Shown here: positions 58,252 through 64,000 of the stretch, one piece after another
Layout of the letters: every line of letters starts with the position of its first letter
How positions within the stretch are numbered: position 1 is the stretch's first letter
Origin: a bacterium
GTDB lineage: Bacteria > UBP7 > UBA6624
Direction: 5' to 3'
Assembly: GCA_002716355.1 (NCBI GenBank)
Contig: PBAU01000010.1
Span: forward strand, 47,208 to 111,207
DNA: 64,000 bases
Position numbers and translations under genes: made by a program
The notes under the pieces: model-generated
What the model saw: only the letters and a program-made list of their open reading frames with translations
Database searches by the model: none
Told to the model about the DNA's origin: nothing

Positions 58252-58758
58252 ATGAAAGTTCAAGGAAATGTATTTAAGTTTGAAGATAACATAGATACTG
58301 ACATCATTATTCCAGCAAGATATTGCTCAAGCTATCAAAAAGAAGATTTAACTCCACATTGCATGGAGGGTCATCCTGAATGGACAGACGGATCTTTTGC
58401 GAAGCAAGTAAAACAAGGTGATATTATTGTTGCAGGTGAAAATTTTGGTTGTGGATCATCAAGAGAAGTAGCTCCATTATGCATAAAATGGTCTGGGGTA
58501 TCACTTGTTATAGCAAACTCATTTGCAAGGATTTTTTATAGAAATTCAATCAACATAGGGCTTCCAATTCTTGTTTGCAAAGAAATGGTTGAAATTACTG
58601 ATCACAGCGATGAGATAAAAGCAAATTTAAGAACAGGTAAAATTACGAATATAACTAAAAACAAAAAATTTTCAGCAGAACCGTTTCCAAAATTTATTGA
58701 AGAAATAATTAAATCTGGCGGTTTGATAAACTGGATTAAAGATCAAGGTTTAACATAA
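58252..58758 (+). CDS. leuD: Aconitase-family small subunit (3-isopropylmalate/homoaconitate dehydratase small subunit, LeuD type)
   Basis: 168 aa. DNIDTDIIIPARY, GENFGCGSSRE and NSFARIFYRN. Confidence 0.8.
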   Translation: MKVQGNVFKFEDNIDTDIIIPARYCSSYQKEDLTPHCMEGHPEWTDGSFAKQVKQGDIIVAGENFGCGSSREVAPLCIKWSGVSLVIANSFARIFYRNSINIGLPILVCKEMVEITDHSDEIKANLRTGKITNITKNKKFSAEPFPKFIEEIIKSGGLINWIKDQGLT

Positions 58759-58760
58759 TT

Positions 58761-59981
58761 TTGAAAAAATCAAATAATCTAATTTTTGATTGGAATAAAA
58801 AAAACACTAACTTCTTTCCAGAAAAAACTCCTCAACTTGATGATGAAACATTAAGAGATGGACTACAAAGCCCTTCTGTAAAAACACCCACAATGGAAGA
58901 AAAGATAAAAATAATACATCTAATTAATGATTTAGGAATTGAATCTGCAAACATCGGGCTTCCTGGGGCTGGAAAACATGTAGAAGATTCAGCCTTAAAA
59001 TTGGCGCAAGAAATATCTAATCAAAAATTAAACATCTATCCGAATTGCGCTGCAAGAACATTAAGAATAGATGTTGAACCTGTGATAAGAATACAACAAA
59101 AAACAGGATTAAAAATGGAAGTTAGCACATTTATTGGATCCTCCCCTATTAGACAGTATGCAGAAGGCTGGACTATAGATAAAATGCTCAAAGATACTGA
59201 AGATTCAGTTTCGTTTGCAATTGAAAATGGATTAGATGTAATGTATGTTACCGAAGACACAACAAGAGCAGATCCGGAAGACCTCAAAAAACTTTATAGG
59301 GCAGCTATAGAATGCGGTGCAAAACGAGTAACAATCTGCGACACTGTTGGCCATGCAACCCCCCAGGGAGTAAAGGCCTTGGTGAGCTTTATAAGAAATT
59401 TTGTAGACAATATCGAAAATGGGATACAAGTTGATTGGCATGGCCATAGAGATAGAGGTCTTGATATGCCAAATACATTAGCAGCTATTGAAGCTGGAGC
59501 AGACAGAGTTCACGGAACTGCTTTAGGGATCGGAGAAAGGGTTGGAAACACACCAATAGATCAACTTCTAGTAAATTTTCAACTTCTTGGGTGGATAGAC
59601 AGGGACCTTTCAAAACTTTCAGAATATGTCAAGACAGTTAGTGATGCCACAGGTGTTCCAATACCTAAAGGTTATCCAGTAATTGGTGAGGATGCCTTTA
59701 GAACAGGAACAGGCGTTCATGCTGCAGCGGTTATCAAAGCCTTGAAGAAAGGTGACAACTGGCTAGCTGACAGAGTATATAGTGGTGTTCCAGCAGCAAA
59801 TTTCGGCTTAAAACAAAAAATTGAAATCGGACCAATGAGCGGAAAATCAAATATCATATTCTGGTTACGGGAAAATGGTTACGAAGAAGACGAAACAATA
59901 ATTGAAGCTATATTTCAAACAGCAAAAAAATCAAAAAAAATACTTGCTGAAAAAGAAATTCATAAACTAGCATCTTCATGA
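58761..59981 (+). CDS. 2-isopropylmalate/homocitrate/citramalate synthase-family protein (short, no LeuA regulatory domain)
   Basis: 406 aa. DETLRDGLQSP, HGHRDRGLDMPNTLAAIEAGADRVHGTALGIGERVGN (HMGL-like TIM barrel). TTG start. Confidence 0.75.
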   Translation: MKKSNNLIFDWNKKNTNFFPEKTPQLDDETLRDGLQSPSVKTPTMEEKIKIIHLINDLGIESANIGLPGAGKHVEDSALKLAQEISNQKLNIYPNCAARTLRIDVEPVIRIQQKTGLKMEVSTFIGSSPIRQYAEGWTIDKMLKDTEDSVSFAIENGLDVMYVTEDTTRADPEDLKKLYRAAIECGAKRVTICDTVGHATPQGVKALVSFIRNFVDNIENGIQVDWHGHRDRGLDMPNTLAAIEAGADRVHGTALGIGERVGNTPIDQLLVNFQLLGWIDRDLSKLSEYVKTVSDATGVPIPKGYPVIGEDAFRTGTGVHAAAVIKALKKGDNWLADRVYSGVPAANFGLKQKIEIGPMSGKSNIIFWLRENGYEEDETIIEAIFQTAKKSKKILAEKEIHKLASS

Positions 59982-60757
59982 TTTTTTTAACACTTTTAAT
60001 ATTCTTTCAAGAAAACCTCATACCCGAAAAATTCAAAGAGCCATCAGGTTTGGCATATTCCGAAAAAAGAAAAACTATTTTTGTTGTAGGGGATGAAGGC
60101 CATATTGCTGAATTAGACAAAGATGGAAAACTTATAAAAATGAAAAAAATGCCGGGAGACTCTTGCGAACGAGACTTTGAGGCAGTATCAATTGATCCAA
60201 GAAACAACAATTTACTAATCATGAGAGAGCCTTTATGGGAAATAATTTCAGTTAATCCGGAAAGTTTTGAAATTGAATTCACATACAAACTTCCTGGAGC
60301 ACCATCAAACTGCAAAGATGAAGACTGGGGGCTTGAAGCGTTAACCGTTATCGGTAATGATGAAGGAAAAGATGGTTGGCTAAAAGTGTTAGCTGGAAAA
60401 CAAAGGTATCCTGCAGCAATTTATGAATTCTCAATTCCTCTAGAGGGAAATGAGGATCCGACACTGAATAAAGAGCATAAACTCAAAATTGAATCTATTT
60501 CTGACCTATATTACGAAAAAGAAACTAATAATTTATGGATTTTAGATTCATGGCTAATCCAAAGAATGCTCACTGCAGGTGGTTTTCATGGAAGACTGTT
60601 TCTTTTTAAAGATTATAAAAAAATAAAAACTTGGCATCTACCTTTCCCTTTATCAGAAGGAATATCATTTACTCCAAGTGGTGATCTCTGGGTAGCAGAT
60701 GATACAGGCGGGATTTATCTATTTAAAAAATGGAAAGAAAAAAATCTTAATTTTTAA
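59978..60757 (+). CDS. SdiA-regulated/YjiK-like beta-propeller protein (putative)
   Basis: 259 aa. FKEPSGLAYSEKRKTIFVVGDEGHIAELDKDGK...DFEAVS resembles the SdiA-regulated domain pattern. N-terminal hydrophobic segment. Confidence 0.45.
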   Translation: MIFLTLLIFFQENLIPEKFKEPSGLAYSEKRKTIFVVGDEGHIAELDKDGKLIKMKKMPGDSCERDFEAVSIDPRNNNLLIMREPLWEIISVNPESFEIEFTYKLPGAPSNCKDEDWGLEALTVIGNDEGKDGWLKVLAGKQRYPAAIYEFSIPLEGNEDPTLNKEHKLKIESISDLYYEKETNNLWILDSWLIQRMLTAGGFHGRLFLFKDYKKIKTWHLPFPLSEGISFTPSGDLWVADDTGGIYLFKKWKEKNLNF

Positions 60758-61430
60758 AATCTTGAAAATCTAAAAAATTATCCCAAAAAGGAATCAAAAT
60801 TCTTTCTTTGTCAAAAATCACTTCAAGCATCAGTATCTGATCAAAACTTATGACTTCAGTCAAAACCAAAAGCCTTTTAGAGTACCAAGGCAACAAAGAA
60901 TTATCATCCCATAAAAACCTAACAATATTGTTACCCTTTTGAGCTTGAAGGAAATCGTCATCTTCTTGAGGGATAAAACGTTGTAAAGTTTCACCATTTT
61001 TTAAATGAAACTTAACATAAGGCAAAGAATTTTCAACAGTATCTTTAGTTTGGTTGTGAATGTTCAAAAGCCAAAGCTGTTTGCCAGATATCAAACTATC
61101 ACTATCAGACAAAAGTATCAAATCAGCTTCGTAATTCAAAGACGATGAAAAGCCATAATAAACTTTATCTTTTTGTAAAGTTTGGATATTCTGAATAACA
61201 AGATCTTTTAAAGATTCTAAATCTCCATATTTGAACCAAAGCCATGAATAAGAATAACTCAAAAAAGTACGTTGAGTTGAAGCATTTATTTCATCATTTT
61301 GAGATTCGTAATCAGAAAGCATTCTTTTTGAATCTTCTACTTTTAAATACCAATCTTCAATATCAGCTTTTTCCTGAAAGCTGAACGAATCCCCTAGTAT
61401 AAAAATTAAAAAAAATAAAAACTTAATCAT
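60747..61430 (-). CDS. Hypothetical secreted protein (227 aa)
   Basis: Signal-like MIKFLFFLIFILG. The start overlaps the gatB stop by 4 nt. No motif recognised. Confidence 0.45.
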   Translation of the reverse strand: MIKFLFFLIFILGDSFSFQEKADIEDWYLKVEDSKRMLSDYESQNDEINASTQRTFLSYSYSWLWFKYGDLESLKDLVIQNIQTLQKDKVYYGFSSSLNYEADLILLSDSDSLISGKQLWLLNIHNQTKDTVENSLPYVKFHLKNGETLQRFIPQEDDDFLQAQKGNNIVRFLWDDNSLLPWYSKRLLVLTEVISFDQILMLEVIFDKERILIPFWDNFLDFQDFKN

Positions 61431-62815
61431 GTTAATTTTATATTCTTTTCAATTTCAAGCTTTAGTAATTCAGGATGTGCCCTTCCTTTAGACTTTCTCA
61501 TCCCCATGCCAACTAACGACTTAATAACAGCAGTTTTGCCATTTAAATACTTTTCAACAATCCCAGGATTCTGTCTTACTATATCTTCGGCAAGCACTGA
61601 AAGATCCTGATCGGATAAATAATTAGAATCTCCGAGTGCATTTATGAGAGAATCGATATCTGATCCTTTGATGAGCTTAGGTAAGATTTCTTTAGCTATT
61701 GCCCTTGTAACTTTCCCAGACTCAACATAACAAATCAACTCAGTCATATCTTTTACTTTTGGAGATATCCCCAAAACACTTGAATCGTTTTTCCAAAATG
61801 ATGACAAGGGTCCAGTTATCCATGCAGCCAATTCCTTATTGTTTATACCCTTTGGAAAACTTTGATAATAATTAAAAACTTTATGATTTAAAGAGATGGT
61901 TCTTGCCATCTGAAAAGAAACCCCTTTATCCATCATTATCTTAACTTTCTGATATGGTGTCAAAACATCAAAAGAGCTTTTGCGAGTTTTAATCATGCTT
62001 AAATCTGGATCAGGGAAATAACGATAATCCGAAGCTGACTCTTTCACTCTTTGGAGAATGCATTTTTGACTAGACTCATCCCAGCCTTTCGTTACAGAAT
62101 TAACAACCTCGCCATCTTCAACCTGCTTAACCTGACAAGCAATCTCCCATTTTATAGCTTTTTCAACTCCACTTATACTGCCTAAATTTTTAATCTCCAC
62201 TTTGTTTGAGACTCTCCCATCAACAGATACTGAAACGTTTGGCTCACACCTCATAGCTCCAGTTTCCATTTTTCCAGTTGAAATCTCACACTCTATTAAT
62301 GATGACCTTAAGCTTCGCAAAAACTCGCCTGCCTCTCTTGAATTTTTAAAATCAGGCTCTGTAACTATTTCCAACAAAGGGATTCCTGATCTATTAAAGT
62401 CCAACAATGAATCCTGACCTTTCACAATTAATTGTGCAGTATCTTCTTCAACCTGTATCCTTCTTATTCTTGCCTTGCACTCAACACCCTCGCTAAAGAA
62501 AAACCATTCTCCATTTTCTCCAATCGGTTTTAAAAATTGACTTATCTGATAACCCTTAGGCAAGTCAGGATAAAAATAATTTTTTCTTTCAGCTACACTA
62601 AATTCGTTTAAGCTACACTTGAGAAGATGTGCACATCTTGATGCAAGATCAAAAACATATTTGTTTGGTACTGGTAATGCTCCAGGAAGCCCATAACAAA
62701 CAGGACAGCAATTCGTATTTGGATCTGAATAAGAACAAGAACACCTGCAGTACATTTTTGTTTGGCTCATTAATTGAACATGAATCTCTAAACCTATCAT
62801 TGGATTTAAATTCAT
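61427..62815 (-). CDS. gatB: Asp/Glu-tRNA(Asn/Gln) amidotransferase subunit B
   Basis: 462 aa. IGLEIHVQL, CPVCYGLPGALP and a C-terminal YqeY-like tail. Confidence 0.95.
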   Translation of the reverse strand: MNLNPMIGLEIHVQLMSQTKMYCRCSCSYSDPNTNCCPVCYGLPGALPVPNKYVFDLASRCAHLLKCSLNEFSVAERKNYFYPDLPKGYQISQFLKPIGENGEWFFFSEGVECKARIRRIQVEEDTAQLIVKGQDSLLDFNRSGIPLLEIVTEPDFKNSREAGEFLRSLRSSLIECEISTGKMETGAMRCEPNVSVSVDGRVSNKVEIKNLGSISGVEKAIKWEIACQVKQVEDGEVVNSVTKGWDESSQKCILQRVKESASDYRYFPDPDLSMIKTRKSSFDVLTPYQKVKIMMDKGVSFQMARTISLNHKVFNYYQSFPKGINNKELAAWITGPLSSFWKNDSSVLGISPKVKDMTELICYVESGKVTRAIAKEILPKLIKGSDIDSLINALGDSNYLSDQDLSVLAEDIVRQNPGIVEKYLNGKTAVIKSLVGMGMRKSKGRAHPELLKLEIEKNIKLT

Positions 62816-62824
62816 ATCAAATAA

Positions 62825-64000
62825 TCACCTTGTCCATTTTGAAAAATTATTTATCCAAAGAGCCTCATTTATTAGATTCTCATCCATATCAACCCCTGAA
62901 GATACCTGAAAACCATAAGGAAGTCCTTTATATTTATTCCAAGGAATATTAATAGCTGGAACCCCAGCAAGAGATGGAGCTGTTGTAAAAAAATCTTGCC
63001 TATACATTGATATTGGATCTTTTTTAGAGTTGATTCCAAATGCAACAGATGGAGTAGTTGGCGTTAAAAGCAGTCCATCTTTTGACCAGTCATTTAAAGT
63101 TGAAGAAAGATGCTTTCTTAAGTGGACGGCTTTTTCATACAATCCTTCCTTGTGGCCTTCAGAAAGAACATGACAACCCATTAATATCCTTCTTCTAACC
63201 TCCTCGCCGAGAGAATCTTTTCTCCAAACATCTGCATGATGGTTGTTTTTTGGTCCAAATCTTATTCCGTCAAATCTAGAAAGATTGGAGCTTACTTCAG
63301 CATAACAGATCAAATAATATACAGGGAGAGAGTTTTCAAAAATATCACATTCAATTTCCTGTATGTCAATATTTTCTTTTGCTAAATCTTTAATTAAGAT
63401 TTCAAAATCTTCGAAAATGTAAAGTTCAACGATTTTTGCTAAATCTTTTAATTTTGGAACAAAAACTTTTTTTGGCTTTTTTGATCCAAAAGTAATATTT
63501 TCCTTAACATCATAAGAGGTAGAATCATTTCTATCAAAACCTTTAATCACGTCAAAAACCCAACGAACCTCATTTAAAGTTTTTGAAAAAATTCCTATCA
63601 CATCCATTGATGACGCCATTGAAATCAAGCCGTACCTAGAAACACGACCCCATGTTGGCCGAAAGCCAAAAACGCCACAAAAAGATGCGGGATGCCTGAC
63701 GGAGCCACCTGTATCTGAACCAAGAGCAAAAGGAACAATGCCAGCAGCAACAGATGCTGCACTGCCACCCGAACTACCACCACAAACTTTTGTTGGATCC
63801 CATGGGTTCAAGGAAGGCCCATAAAAGCTAGTTTCTGAGCTTGTTCCCATTGCAAACTCATCTAAATTTGTTTTTCCCACCTCGAAACAATCATGTTTTT
63901 TGAGCTTGGTTAAAACAGTTGCCTCATAAGGACTAATGTAGCCGTCTAAAATCCTAGACGCACAAGTGGTTGGTGTTGTCAAAGTGCAAATATTATCTTT
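62825..64000 (-). CDS. gatA: Glutamyl-tRNA(Gln) amidotransferase subunit A (N-terminus off the window end)
   Basis: Amidase signature GGSSGGSAASVAAG...GSDTGGSVRHPASFCG. The reading frame stays open to nt 64000 (..KDNICTLTTPTTCAS..). Confidence 0.93.
   Translation of the reverse strand, partial: KDNICTLTTPTTCASRILDGYISPYEATVLTKLKKHDCFEVGKTNLDEFAMGTSSETSFYGPSLNPWDPTKVCGGSSGGSAASVAAGIVPFALGSDTGGSVRHPASFCGVFGFRPTWGRVSRYGLISMASSMDVIGIFSKTLNEVRWVFDVIKGFDRNDSTSYDVKENITFGSKKPKKVFVPKLKDLAKIVELYIFEDFEILIKDLAKENIDIQEIECDIFENSLPVYYLICYAEVSSNLSRFDGIRFGPKNNHHADVWRKDSLGEEVRRRILMGCHVLSEGHKEGLYEKAVHLRKHLSSTLNDWSKDGLLLTPTTPSVAFGINSKKDPISMYRQDFFTTAPSLAGVPAINIPWNKYKGLPYGFQVSSGVDMDENLINEALWINNFSKWTR

Noticed and set aside
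1-64000. Searched for mobile elements, prophage genes, rRNA, CRISPR repeats and long direct or inverted repeats
   Set aside because: None was seen by eye. The coding strand runs, conserved synteny and near-absence of intergenic DNA argue for a core chromosomal region. A computational repeat search would be needed to exclude diverged repeats.

Overview
This is an AT-rich, very compact chromosomal segment. The largest non-coding gap is about 140 bp, and many adjacent genes overlap at their start and stop codons. The Lpt and KdsC genes indicate a diderm bacterium, but I cannot place it taxonomically from the sequence alone.

Content is almost entirely conserved housekeeping:
- **Left end:** hflX, ridA-like, gltX, an OPT transporter, carB, lptC-like/kdsC and msrPQ.
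- **Transcription/translation supercluster (minus strand):** tRNA-Tyr/Gly/Thr, tuf, rpmG, secE, nusG, rplK, rplA, rplJ, rplL, rpoB and rpoC.
- **Next block:** rsmI, lptFG-like/lptB, a LeuB-like dehydrogenase and nrnA.
- **Second conserved run:** rbfA, infB, nusA, rimP, then rseP, cdsA, uppS, frr, pyrH, tsf and rpsB.
- **Right half:** a small redox cluster, SOD, a large secreted Zn-metalloprotease, a lone SNF2 ATPase, a DegT/GT4/WecD-like sugar cassette, purH, leuD plus a leuA-like gene, and gatB/gatA.

rpmG, secE and a partial methyltransferase at the left edge are missing from the ORF track. I recovered them by manual translation.

I found no CRISPR array, transposase or integrase, phage genes, rRNA, or recognisable defence or mobile island, and no convincing new multi-gene system. 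The most unusual items are:
- About 400 aa of lineage-specific insertions in RpoC.
- An L11 with a 53-aa Ala/Glu tail encoded by a 9-bp tandem repeat.
- No leader regions in front of rplK or rplJ.
- A Grx-like / small SUOX-fold / thiolase / lipoprotein tetrahaem cytochrome operon.
- An uncharacterised three-gene operon at 11.6-13.4 kb.

All functional calls rest on motif recognition and synteny by eye. No database search was possible.
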